From Octopus bimaculoides (taxonomy: Eukaryota), in NCBI RefSeq assembly GCF_001194135.2, contig NC_068983.1:93548997-93587634 (forward strand): a stretch of DNA of 38,638 nucleotides, in the 5' to 3' direction. Positions within the stretch are counted from its first letter, which is position 1, and the number at the start of each line of letters is the position of its first letter. Shown here piece after piece: positions 1 through 11,896 of the stretch. The notes beneath the pieces are model-generated. The model searched no databases. It saw only the letters and a program-made list of their open reading frames with translations, and was not told where the DNA came from. The position numbers and the translations under genes are program-made.

Positions 1-12
1 TGTGTATGCATG

Positions 13-49
<37 letters not shown>

Positions 50-169
50 GGTTGGGAATATGTTCATGTTCATACTGTATAACTTCAATCACGTCTCTTT
101 CAATCCCATGATTTTGCATTAGAGAACATTAGTATAACATTTACAAAACGTACTGTCTCCACTTTTCTT

Positions 170-710
170 TCAAACATTCAACTTTGAAGAGAATTTTTTG
201 ATGAAATGTAGTTCCATCGCTTTTCGATATTGCGGATCGTCCCGTGCACATTTGTAAAAGGGAAAAATTTTGAATTTTCCATCACCGTATATTTCCAGAT
301 GCTTACTTAATGGAAGCATGCGTAATTCTTCTTGTCAGATATGCTACCTTGTGGCTTCTTGCATGTTGGCATAGGGAATTATTTAATTCCCCAATGTAAT
401 TTTCTTTGCAGTTTGGGCAGGTAATGCAGTATATGAGGTTTTGTGTTTTGCAGTTCATATCTGCATTCATTTTGAAAAGGTATCTGCTCTTGAATTCTAT
501 GTGGGAACCACTTTTCAAGTATTTGAAGTTGTTGATATCGTTGCATGTTCCACATCTCCTATCTCCACATTCTTTTACTAAGAATTCTGATTCATTCTCT
601 GATTTGAATTCTGCCCATGTGAGGTGTTTTTTAGGATTTTTCGGTTGGAATCTGCTCTTCAATAAGGTGATTTTTTCAATCAGAGGAAGAGGAGATGTAG
701 TTTGGTTCAT
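170..710 (-). mobile_element. Penelope-like element, GIY-YIG endonuclease 3' fragment (frameshifted, Poseidon-like)
   Basis: The minus ORF 303-710 gives KSRFQPKN..CGDRRCGTC..MNCKTQNLIYCITCPNCKENYIGE..H. After a frameshift near 345 it continues SKHLEIYGDGKFKIFPFYKC..RKAMELHFIKKFSSKLNV* (stop 170-172). This is a Cys-rich linker followed by an LIY..YIG GIY-YIG motif. Confidence 0.85.
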
Positions 711-844
711 TGTGATAGGGTGTGTGAATTAATGTTACTTGTGGGTGGAATACATAGCACTTCTAGAACTCATTTCACAGAGGTGGGTGTGTCTTCTCAA
801 GAACCTGTTATCACTAGACATCTCAATCCATTGTCATCTCCTTT

Positions 845-1310
845 GTGAAACTTAACATCTTTGAAATCAGCCCTCACTACTTCCTCCCATGTCTTCCTGG
901 GTTTCCCTTTCCTACAAGTGCCAGCCACTTTAAGCAGTCAACACCTTTTTATGCAACTGTTTTCATTCATATGCATCACTTGTCCAAACCTATGTAATCT
1001 TCTCTCTTATGCCCAACATTTTGCTCAGCACTTTGCCATACATGCCCACTGATGTTGCACATCCATTGGAGCATACAAGCTTCATTCCTCTCTAGGCTCC
1101 ACATCTCACTACTAAAAGCATAATACAATCTGCCTTTCAATCCGAGAGAGAGAGAAAGAGAAAGAGGGACAGAGACAGACAGACAGACAGATAGGCAGAC
1201 AGGCAAAGACTTTTTGTTGTCAACAGAGGTAATAACTTCCTCCATCCAATTCTTATTCCAGTAACAATACTTTCAGAATGTCCTCCACCACTGCTAATTT
1301 GGTTGCCTAG
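845..1310 (-). mobile_element. RTE-clade LINE, decayed RT C-terminal fragment
   Basis: Minus translation gives LGNQISSGGGHSESIVTGIRIGWRKLLPLL, KGRLY..LERNEACMLQWMCNIS and a GKGNPGR (GRGRPRKTW-like) remnant. It is homologous to the copies at 20666 and 23060. Confidence 0.8.
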
Positions 1311-1314
1311 AAAT

Positions 1315-1350
<36 letters not shown>

Positions 1351-1370
1351 CGTGCATGCATGTGTGTGCA

Positions 1371-1408
<38 letters not shown>
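1315..1408. repeat. (TG)n microsatellite running into an assembly gap
   Basis: Directly visible. Another (TG)n tract lies at about 14-48. Confidence 0.95.
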
Positions 1409-2137
1409 NNNNNNNNNNNNNNNNNNNNNNNNNNNNNNNNNNNNNNNNNNNNNNNNNNNNNNNNNNNNNNNNNNNNNNNNNNNNNNNNNNNNNNNNNNNN
1501 NNNNNNNNNNNNNNNNNNNNNNNNNNNNNNNNNNNNNNNNNNNNNNNNNNNNNNNNNNNNNNNNNNNNNNNNNNNNNNNNNNNNNNNNNNNNNNNNNNNN
1601 NNNNNNNNNNNNNNNNNNNNNNNNNNNNNNNNNNNNNNNNNNNNNNNNNNNNNNNNNNNNNNNNNNNNNNNNNNNNNNNNNNNNNNNNNNNNNNNNNNNN
1701 NNNNNNNNNNNNNNNNNNNNNNNNNNNNNNNNNNNNNNNNNNNNNNNNNNNNNNNNNNNNNNNNNNNNNNNNNNNNNNNNNNNNNNNNNNNNNNNNNNNN
1801 NNNNNNNNNNNNNNNNNNNNNNNNNNNNNNNNNNNNNNNNNNNNNNNNNNNNNNNNNNNNNNNNNNNNNNNNNNNNNNNNNNNNNNNNNNNNNNNNNNNN
1901 NNNNNNNNNNNNNNNNNNNNNNNNNNNNNNNNNNNNNNNNNNNNNNNNNNNNNNNNNNNNNNNNNNNNNNNNNNNNNNNNNNNNNNNNNNNNNNNNNNNN
2001 NNNNNNNNNNNNNNNNNNNNNNNNNNNNNNNNNNNNNNNNNNNNNNNNNNNNNNNNNNNNNNNNNNNNNNNNNNNNNNNNNNNNNNNNNNNNNNNNNNNN
2101 NNNNNNNNNNNNNNNNNNNNNNNNNNNNNNNNNNNNN
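1409..2137. other. Assembly gap (N run)
   Basis: Run of N. Confidence 1.
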
Positions 2138-2384
2138 CACATTTTATGTGCTTACTTCGGTATATATATACATATATATTTATAAAAAAGAAGTTTGAAA
2201 ACGCCAATATATAAAAAATGAATTTTAATTTAAAATTTTGTCAGAGATATTTTTAACATGTTTCGGTTCTTGTAAAAACGAACCTTATCAAAAATACATA
2301 TTTAAAAAAATGAAATTAAATGAAAAGTTCATAATTGTTCCTTACTGGTGTCAATAGTCCACGTGGGGACATTTTTTGTTGGTT

Positions 2385-2625
2385 GTAGTAGTAGTAGTGA
2401 CCGTGTTGGCAATGGTAAATGGCAGTGACCTCTGTCCGTGTCAGCAGCAGCAGCAGTCAATTGGTTGTAGTGATAGGGGTGGAAGCAGCACAAGCAGCAG
2501 CAGAGGAAGCAGTAGCAGTAGTAGTGACCGAAATAGCAGTAGTAGTATTGACCATAATAACAGCAGCAGCGGCAGCAGTGACTGTTAGTAGTGACCACAA
2601 TAGCAATAGTAGCAGTGACCATAAT
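2385..2625. repeat. Compound AGT/AGC trinucleotide low-complexity tract with recurring AGTGACC motif
   Basis: Visible (AGT)n and (AGC)n runs punctuated by agtgacc. Confidence 0.8.
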
Positions 2626-2668
2626 AACCAATATATGATTTTAATGTTGCTGGCTTATATATATATAA

Positions 2669-3058
2669 GGGCAGGAGTGGCTGTGTGGTAAATAGCTTGC
2701 TTACCAACTACATGGTTCTGGGTTCAGTCCCACTGCATAGCACCTTGGTTAAGTGTCTTCGTGTCTTCTACTATAGCCTTGGGTTGACCAAGCTGTGTGA
2801 GTTGATTTGGTAGACAGAAACTGAAAGATGCCCTTTATATATATATGTATATGTTTGTGTGTCTGTGTTTGTCCTACCACCATCACTTGACAACTGATGT
2901 TGGTGTGTTTACATCCCCATAACTTAGCAGTTCAGCAAAATAAACTGATAGAATAAGTACTAGGCTTACAAAGAATAAGTCCTGGGGTCGATTTGTTTGA
3001 CTTAAGGCAGTGCTCCAGCATGGCCGCAGTCAAATGACTGAAACAAATAAAAGAATAT
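2669..3058 (+). mobile_element. tRNA-derived SINE (octopus-type, full length)
   Basis: A-box-like tggctgtgtggtaa, B-box-like gggttcagtccc, CORE-like gcaccttgg..aagtgtcttc, an internal (TA/TG) tract and tail gtgctccagcatggccgcagtcaaatgactgaaac. The same family recurs inverted at 4650-4965, 28620-28680 and 36000-36170. Confidence 0.8.
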
Positions 3059-3324
3059 AATGATCATATATATATGATCATATAATGATCATATATATAT
3101 GTATACACACACACACACACACACACACGTATTTATAATTCATTTTTAATGGTTGAACTTGGTGTAGATAAAGCTGCATGAATGAGAAAGAAAGAGGAAA
3201 AGAGAGTAAGTGAATATGTGTGTGTGTCTGCATGTGTGTGTGTAATGTTTATTAAAAACAATGTCCCCTTCAGCACAAGTTATATTTCCTTGACTCTGAA
3301 TTCTGTGACTATAAGCAGAAAACT

Positions 3325-3490
3325 GTTGTATATGTATGTATGTATCTATATGTATATACGTATGTATCACTCTGTCTATATCCAAATAACTAATTGTATG
3401 TATACATATATGTATGTCTGTATGTATGTATGTATGCATGCATGTATATATGTATGTATATATGTATGTATACACGCATGTACACTTAAC
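3325..3490. repeat. (TATG)n/(TA)n microsatellite
   Basis: Directly visible. Confidence 0.9.
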
Positions 3491-3959
3491 ATCCACATCT
3501 CCATGCTAGAAAGGGTTTGATGGAGACTTATTTGTGAGATGTTTGGGTTTAGAAAACAAAAAGAAATGCATAAACATTCTTAATAATTTGACACATGCTT
3601 AGTAATTTTGATAATATTCTATTTTAATCACTGCTAGTGTAAAGACATTGATAACAAACAGCTAATAATTAAATTACTTCTAACTAACCTGAGCTTATTT
3701 TAGAAATAACATCTTTTATGCATTACACAAATCCATGGAAATATACAATGATGCAAATAAGTTTTTGATATGCATATGCTTGTAAGTTACATATCGACAA
3801 ATATTTATATGCCCAGTTATGAATAATGTATATATACTTATACATGTGGGCCTCCTTAGTACCTCAACTGCAGTAATACAAGACATGATCACTGGTTTAA
3901 GCAATGACAGCAAAAAGATTTGGTCTTCAGATCAGTAAAGAATATATGAAAGGGATGAC

Positions 3960-4610
3960 TTGGGTGAGGAAGAACAGTAACAAATCCAGCTGAAGGACCA
4001 AATTCTACAGATCATTGAAGTGTTCACTTATCTGTGCAGTAACAAGCACATGGCTCAGTGAGTTTGATTCCTGCACCAGACTGTGTGTTGTTTTCTTGAG
4101 CAAGACACTTTATTTCACGTTGCTCTAGTTCACTCAGTTGTAGAAATGAGTTGTGACGTCACTGGTGCCAAGCTGTATTGGTCTTTGCTTTTTCCTTGGA
4201 GAAGGGAGGCTGGTATGCATGGGTGACTGCTGGCCTTCCATGAACAACCTTGCCCAAACTTGTGCCTCAGAGGGTAACTTCCTCGGTGCGATCCCGTGGT
4301 TATTCATGACCGAAGGGGGTCTTTATCCTTTTAAACATCACTAATGGTGTGAACTTGGAAAGTGTTGCCATCTTTCAATGCCTGAAGCTTGTATGTTCCG
4401 ACTCCTCTATCAACCAAACCACCAAACTCCACCTGTGTACGTCCATTGTCTGCTGATACTTACTTAAGCCTGTGACATGTGGAAAAAGACTAGCAGATGT
4501 CTTCCACAGATGTTGCCTTAAGATCATACTAAACATTTCTTGGTGCAACTCCATCACAGATGAAGTCATAGAATGGCCTAGATTGAATAACTTACAGGAT
4601 GCCGTGGCCA
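3960..4610 (+). mobile_element. RTE-clade LINE RT fragment interrupted by a SINE
   Basis: QLKDQILQIIEVFTYLCS before the SINE. After it, SSINQTTKLHLCTSIV and a DVFHRCCLKIILNISW-like stretch across frameshifts. Confidence 0.6.
4046..4330 (+). mobile_element. tRNA-derived SINE with long structured tail (partly deleted head)
   Basis: Head gcacatggctcagtg..gagtttgattcc, CORE-like ttgagcaagacactttatttcac, tail ending atgaccgaagggggtc. A second copy lies inverted at 29712-30046. Confidence 0.75.
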
Positions 4611-4649
4611 TGCTATGGCACTGCTTTGAAGAATTCTAGTCAAATAAAT

Positions 4650-4965
4650 TGACCCCACTCCTTTTATATTTTTAAGTCTGGTACTTATTCTATTGATCTT
4701 TCTTGCTCAACTTATAAAGTTATGGGGCTGTAAACACACCAACCCCAGTTGTCAAATGGTGATGGTGCGGGGGATGAATACAGACAGATAGGCATACATA
4801 CTCATAGATACATATATAATGGGCTTCTTTCAGTTTCCATCTACCAAATCCACCCACAAGGCATTGGTCAGCCCAAGTCTATAGTAGAAGACACTTGCCC
4901 AAGATGCCATGCAGTGGGACTGAACCCAAAACCATGTAGTTGGGAAGCAAACTTCTTATCACTCA
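4650..4965 (-). mobile_element. tRNA-derived SINE (same family as 2669-3058)
   Basis: Reverse-complement match to the 2669 copy, e.g. gggcttctttcagtttccatctaccaaatcc, agtagaagacacttgcccaag and gtgggactgaaccc. Confidence 0.8.
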
Positions 4966-6631
4966 GAAGGGTATGTGTGGTAATATGTCTGAAATTTTGA
5001 TTGTGATTTCTATGGTGCAGCCTGCAGTATTTGTAGAGTTGGGGAAACTGATTTTGCTCTTGGAATGACTGGCATTTGTGATAGGTATTTGGAATGAGAG
5101 ACTTGTGATATTTTTTAGAAATGCTTATCTCAAAGTCTAATGAATGTTTTGTGCTTAAGTATACTCATGAAACAATATTTTTCTGAAAGCAATATTAAAT
5201 TTGTAAGAAGTAAATTTGCTTCTTGTGTGTATCAATGATCTTAACAACCAATATACATGAACATTATCATACATTCTCTTCCATGCTTTTCATGAAATAT
5301 TTACCAATGTACAAGATGCATTTAAAAAAATTTTTAAATGTATAAACAAAAAATTGCCCTCCCTAATGTAGTCATATTATGATGGGAGACTAGTTGTTGT
5401 AGACCAGGGAACCAGATGAGCATGAGTTCACAAGACACAATAACTGTTACTAATAGTAAAATATTGAAAACGAGCTAAATCATCAGTCTGTTAACTAGAT
5501 TTTTTGCAAACAACATGCAGATACAAATGCTACTAGTTGAAAGCTTTGCATACCAGATGCTAGCAAGTTTATGGGGTCATCAGAACAGAATGCATGCAAT
5601 TTTGGGGCCTTCCTCTCAATGGCATTATTGTACACTGGCCTCCTTCACTGAAATGAAGCCCTGCTTGCTAGATCAACTGGTTATTAGGTTTTGCTCAATA
5701 TTCTTCTATCCATTGCTCATAGACTCTTTTTAGCCAAAAATGTTTAGAATACATTGGCAGTTACATGGGGTGGTTACACCAACCTCTTATACCTCCTCCC
5801 CCTACATACATAACTCATACCTAATATGTGCCTTACATTATTTAATGACTGTGTTACCTTTAATTTATGGTTTCATACTTTATTCCACTACAGTCACAGG
5901 ATTGCAGGTATATACACAAAATCATACATTTTCCCTGAGTAAAATTTGAAATATCTTTCAATAACTGTAAGATGAAACATATTAAATTTGCTTTTCTCCA
6001 CAAAATATACTTGTAAAATAGAGGTGCATTTTATGCAAGAGAATGTCTTATTCACCCACAATTATGGATTTACAGACAATCATATAGAATTTATATATTT
6101 GCCTATTTACAGTTTTTTATATCCATCTATCTCTTGTTCTATTTCCCTAACTATTTGTCTATTTTCCATCTATTCACATTTACTGCTCCTCCCACCACTA
6201 TAGGAAATAACTGACTCCAAAAGTATCATCATGTAAGTAAATTTGAATTAAATAGATGATTTATTTTGGTTCACTTTTTGAAAATTGCATATGTCTTTTC
6301 AAGAAGCTGCTGCAGGGCAAATGGAGCTGTGCATATATAATAGGTAAAATATCTCTCAATGACAAAAAAAAAGTGGGCAGAATCATTTACAGGAATCAAA
6401 CCATGTATCTGTTATTGCTGGATAACTGCAATAACCAATATACCAAAGCAGCTTATCAACTTGCAACCAGTGAAATTAGAAGTTTTAACTGGACAAGATA
6501 AGAAAATGTATTTATTTTGGTTTGTTTAAAGTACTGAAAAATTTGAAAATAGTTTGTTTTTTTTTGTATAAACTAATTAATAATTAAGTTGAATACACAC
6601 ATTCTCACATAAGCTATTTTGATGGTATTAG

Positions 6632-7015
6632 TGTTATATCATAGAAATGAATAACGACGTTGTGCTCAGATAATGATTTTATTAATTAATGGAAATTATT
6701 GCAATAATTCCAAAATGAAGTGTAAAATGGTAAACTGTACCTCCAATTGTTCACAATGAAAAATAAACAAGACTACTAAAATCTAGTGCTGTGTGGTGGA
6801 AAAGAATAAATCCATAAAATGAGTCAATGTTTAAAAAATGTCACCTGATAGAGTCAATAAAGTGTTACTTGATTGGATGAGTAGGTGCAAGCTACATGAT
6901 AAACAACATGAGAATAGGAAAACGTCACATGATAGAATTGCGTTACATGATTGGATGAATAAAAATAGACAATTGATAAACAATGATTTGCGTTGAGACA
7001 ACTGAGGTTGTCTCA
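6632..7015 (-). repeat. 3' LTR of the Gypsy element
   Basis: Starts tgttata and ends gttgtctca on +. A purine tract (aaaagggcaga on minus, about 7016-7030) abuts it as a PPT. Confidence 0.8.
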
Positions 7016-9103
7016 TCTGCCCTTTTATTAAAAGATGATTAGTTGATATATGAATAAGTTTTATTTTGAGAGTTTACCTTTATGTCCTCAACAAGTTTTC
7101 TATCTCAACTGGATCTTCTTAGATTTATTGAAGTGGTTTCTAATTGAGTTTGAATATCTTGAATTATTGTATTTCCCTGATCCTGATTCATAAATAGTGG
7201 CTTTGATTGCTCTCTCCTCCATCTTAACTGGTTAACATGCCACACCAAGATGAAAGGTCCAAGTCCAACTAATACTTCATTCATGATGTTACTTCTCTGC
7301 TTTATCATCTGATAATCTTGCCACTTGGAGTGACCTGGTTGAGTATCAAGTACATATACCAGATCTCTCTACCTGTTCTTTGGTATATTAGTTATTTTAG
7401 GTGAATGTTTTGCATTTCTAGGTTTCATCAAATCAAAGACAGTGTGAATTTTTCTCTGCAGGTGATGTGTCCCCAGGCACAGTAGAATTCAGTGTTATTC
7501 TGTAGTTCATTAAAAAGAGTTGCAAGTTTTCTTCTAGTTTACCACTCCCCTCAATTCTGAGTAATGAATGCTCAAGGATATCTGTGAATCTCTCTGCTAA
7601 GCCATTGTATTGAGGATTATATTGAGGAGTTCTTACGTGATTAATACCATTTTTCTTACAAAAGATTGTGAATTCTAGAGAAGTGAATTGCGGACCAGTA
7701 TCCAATATTAAAACTTTTGGTGACCCAGATCTTGAAAAACCTTGATGTAGCTTTTATATTGTGGATGAAATTGTCGTTTGGCTCATAATGAGGATCTCCG
7801 GCCCTTTAAATAATGTGTCAATCATGATTAAAAAGTATTACCATTATGAGGTTCTGAAAAATCTATGTGTACTCTAGACCATGGTACTTATGAAACTGAC
7901 CAAAGAATGCTTATCTGAATAGGTAATTTTGAGGCTTTTGCACATTTTGAACATGCTTGCACAAGCGACTCAATATCTTTATCAAGTACCAGCCAATAAA
8001 TGTAGCTTCTTGCTTAAGTCTTCATTCTTGAAATTCCTGGATGGTGTGCATGAAATTGGTTAAATACCAACTTTTTAAGACAGTTTGGAATAAGAGTAGG
8101 ATTAGCCATCATTAAACAGTCATCAACAACTGATAGATAATCACATTTCATATAGAATGGTTGCATATCTTTATCTCAGACTTTTTCTGGGCAACCATAT
8201 CTATAATATTTAATAACTTCTTGTAGAACAAGTTCATTTAATGTTTCTTGTTTTACCATCTCTAAAGTAACAGGTAAAAATTTGCTTGAATCCATTAGCA
8301 CTTGGTAGACCTCATCTTCAATATTTGTATTAACAATTATGACATCTGTCATTGGTGGGTATTTGGTTATTAAGCATGAAAGACTGTCTGCATAAGCAAA
8401 GGATAAAGTTGAATTCTTGACATTGTGGAGACCAGTCCTATTTTGTGTTGCTAACAAATAATGAGTTTAGTGGGCCCCTTATTTAATGTATTTTAGATAA
8501 AAATGAGCTGTAATAACTAACCATTCCTAAAAGAAAATGTAGTTTAGTTATGCTTGTGGGTGGTGGTAAATGCTTGATGATTGACATTTTGCAGGATCTG
8601 GAAAATGACCATTGATGAAACCCAAATATGTTAACTGAGGAAGAAAAAAGTTAGCATTTTTCTGGTTTTAGACAAAGACCATATTTCTTAATTCATTTAA
8701 AGAGATTCCTTAAATGTCCTTTTATACTCAGCTTCAGTTGATGATACAATGATGATTTCATCGAGGTACACAAAGGTGTATGAAAAATCTGCAGACTTTA
8801 GCCATGAGGAAATTTTATAGTTAGGAATTCTTTTGATGCATCATTTACAGCTATTTGCAAATATACTTCTGCTAAGTCACTCTTAGAAAACCATTTTACC
8901 CCCATTTAATTTTGCAAATAAGTCTTCCAGAACAGGTAGTGAATAACAATGTAGCTCTAATGAATCAATAAAACCCATAGAGAAATTAGCACATATACCT
9001 ATAGAGCCATTTGCTTTTTTTTTAAACTATAACAATGGGTGCTGCACATGATGAATAATTCACTTTTGATATTACATCCAAATTTTCAAATCTGCACAAC
9101 TTG

Positions 9104-9350
9104 TTTTCAAAATATTCAAACTCAATTAGAAACCACTTCATCAAATTTAAGAAGATCCAGTTGAAATAGAAAACCTGCTGAGCACATACAGGTAAACTCT
9201 CAAAATAAAACTTATTCATATATCAACTATTCTTCTTTTATAAAAGGGGAGATGAGACAATTCCAGCTGTCTCAACACAAAACACTGTTTATTAATTGTC
9301 TATTTTTAATCATCTAATCATGTGACATGATTCTATCATGTGACATTTTC
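9104..9350 (+). mobile_element. Inverted fragment of the same Gypsy family (3' internal end + PPT + first about 100 bp of LTR) nested in pol
   Basis: ggtaaactctcaaaataaaacttattcatatatcaacta..taaaaggggagatgagacaa matches the reverse complement of about 6915-7165. Confidence 0.85.
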
Positions 9351-10926
9351 AACTAGTGATGACAAGGCATAACATACTGGCTATTTTGGTTTGAAAACAG
9401 ATTTGACATTGAGTTTAAGATATAAAGATGCAATAAATTTTGGGCATAATCCTAAGCCAACTTCAAAAATTGATTAAAATTCTTGCTGAAAATTTCCAAT
9501 ATGGTTAGTGTGTGTAATATGTTCAACATCAATAATGCCAGTCCTATTTAAAAGGGCATGTGCTACTTAGTGGTATAATCCATAACCCAAGTTTCTTAAT
9601 CCATTCTATTCTGAAGACATCCAGGTAAGGATTCTCAGTAATATAGCAAAATCCTGAATGAATGGAAGTTGAGTGTTTGAGTAAATAAAAACATGATATT
9701 TTACCTTTGATAACCAATGGCTTGTTGGAAGCATTCTTGGCTTTTTGTTCAGTTGATAAAATGGCAGGTTTACCAATTTTGTGCCCTGTTTCTTCAGAAA
9801 TGATGATAATATCAGATGCAGTGTCAAGTTGTAAGCATATATCATATCCATCTCTCTGTAAAGTAAAATACTACCCTTTTGCAGTAACTTCCCCTTTAAA
9901 TGTGGTGTAAACTCCATTTGAAATAATGCTTTCTGTGGTTGGATCTGATGCAATGGTTTTTACGGTTACTGGAATGACCAATAATTATATCTATGTTCAG
10001 AATTGTGACATTTAAGACATTTTTCATTCTTGTAAGGACAATAATTTGCTTGGTGCCATTGACCATAGTTCCAATATGCTGTTGGAGGCATTGCTAAGTT
10101 CTCATAGATGTATAAGGCAGTTTAGAATTCTGTGAACTCCAGCTTTGTTTTTTTTTGTGGTAACTGCCTTAGAGGTTGAAACTATTTCATTTCAGATAGA
10201 ATTTTGTATCATTTGAATATCATGCTTAATATTAACTAGTTGTTGACATTCACACATTAATTGTTGTAAGGTAATGTTGTCTGATGTGTCCAATTTGGCT
10301 AGGACATGAGTTTTATATCATCATAGTTTGGTGATGTCAGACCAACTATGAAAATTAGATTCTTAAATTGGTTGTTAGTCATTGTCAGTTTATTAAACTT
10401 TTCACATTCTTTGTTTATACACTCAGTGTATGCATTAAAATATTCTTTGGGGTATTTTTCTAATTTCAGACATTTATATCTGCTGTTAAACAATGATGAT
10501 GTCTCACCAAATATTTTTGCAAGTTGGTCTGCCATCGTTTTAAAGTCAAAATTATTAGGATGTTTGGGGAATACAAAGTTAAAGTACTTGTTATATTCAA
10601 TACTACCTAATTTTCACAATAGTAGTCTTACCTTATTTGAATCATCTAGTTCCAATGCTTAAGTGACAAAAAGATCCTGATAATAGTTATACCAAGATGC
10701 AGAAGTTAGTTCATTTTGTTCATCATATTCAAAAACTTTTGAAGTGATGCTGCTTTGATTGTTAATCAATGTAACTGGATTTGACTGCATAAGCTTGGAA
10801 GCTAAAGCATCTAAAATATCCGATTGCAGCTTATCATGTTGCTTTTTGCATTTCTAAGGATTCTTGTTGCATGCACAAGTTAATGAGATCTGCAGTAAAT
10901 TCCACCTCATTCTCGATGTCAAATAA

Positions 10927-11308
10927 TGTTATAATGTAGGAACAAATAATAATATTGTGCTTGGATAATGATTTTATTAATGATTGAAAAATAATGTAAT
11001 AATTCCTAAAACGAAATGTAAAATGGCAAACTGTAATTCCAATTGTTCACAATAGGACTCTACTAAAAACAAGTGTTGCACAGTGGAAAAGAATAGATCC
11101 ATAAAATGATTCAATGTATAAAAAATATCACCTGGTAGAGTCAATGAAGCGTCACCAGATTGGATGAATAGGTGTGAGCTAAAAGATAAATGATGTGGGA
11201 GTCGGAAAACACCCCATGATAGAATCAATCATATCATATGATTAGATGAATAAAAATATAGACAATTAATAAATAATGTTTTATGTCAAGACTACTGGGG
11301 TTGTCTCA
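10927..11308 (-). repeat. 5' LTR of the Gypsy element
   Basis: Colinear with 6632-7015. On the minus strand it is followed by ttatt-tgacatcgag (10912-10921), resembling a decayed TGGCGACGAG-type PBS. Confidence 0.8.
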
Positions 11309-11411
11309 GTTGGCAAGGATGACTGGCTTGTGGTTTCTTGAAGCACAACCAGGCATGATGGAAATGCTTTCAGGAAGGGAGTAACAATATACACATACAT
11401 TATATATATAT

Positions 11412-11640
11412 NNNNNNNNNNNNNNNNNNNNNNNNNNNNNNNNNNNNNNNNNNNNNNNNNNNNNNNNNNNNNNNNNNNNNNNNNNNNNNNNNNNNNNNNN
11501 NNNNNNNNNNNNNNNNNNNNNNNNNNNNNNNNNNNNNNNNNNNNNNNNNNNNNNNNNNNNNNNNNNNNNNNNNNNNNNNNNNNNNNNNNNNNNNNNNNNN
11601 NNNNNNNNNNNNNNNNNNNNNNNNNNNNNNNNNNNNNNNN
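11412..11640. other. Assembly gap (N run)
   Basis: Run of N. Confidence 1.
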
Positions 11641-11659
11641 TATGTATAAAAAAAGTAAG

Positions 11660-11896
11660 TAAAGCTCCTTCCCAAGTCATAGACTCATACGGCTGATTTC
11701 CCGGTGTATATATTCTCCATCTGGACATGACACTGCTTCATTAGCAGGGTTACTCATTTTTGCCAGCTGAGTGGACTGGAGTAACGTGAAATGAAGTGTT
11801 TTGATCAAGAACACAACTTGTTGCCCAGTCCAGGAATCGAAACCACAACCTTATGATCATGAGTCCAACTCCCTAACCATTAAGCCGCGTGCCTCC
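11660..11896 (-). mobile_element. tRNA-derived SINE
   Basis: On + it reads ccagctgagtggactggagtaacgtgaaatgaagtgttttgatcaagaacacaac, then caggaatcgaaacc (B box, reverse complement) and ctaaccattaagcc (A box, reverse complement). Confidence 0.75.

Larger units (their letters stand above)
6632..11308 (-). mobile_element. Decayed Ty3/Gypsy LTR retrotransposon with both LTRs (K02A2.6/Mag-like)
   Basis: Diverged direct repeats at 6632-7015 and 10927-11308, both TG..CA. Minus-strand order is gag (LFNSRYKCLKL..QFKNLIFIVGL, 10299-10535), RT (FVYLDEIII, about 8750-8780), RNase H end (AYADSLSCLI, 8176-8457) and integrase (DTGPQFTS..TPQYNPQYNGLAERF, 7433-7705). Many stops. No clean TSD (attag vs gttgg). 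Confidence 0.85.

Noticed and set aside
1294-2214. Long ORFs of 277-303 aa in the ORF track (also 11306-11728 and 12532-13524)
   Set aside because: They are artefacts of N runs and flanking dinucleotide repeats.
4200-4330. Possible HDV-like or twister ribozyme in the SINE tail (hairpin ggtca-ttca-tgacc followed by gaagggggt; also 29712-29880)
   Set aside because: P2/P3 pairing could not be built on either strand, and the L3-like UCCUCG in this copy is not shared by the second copy.
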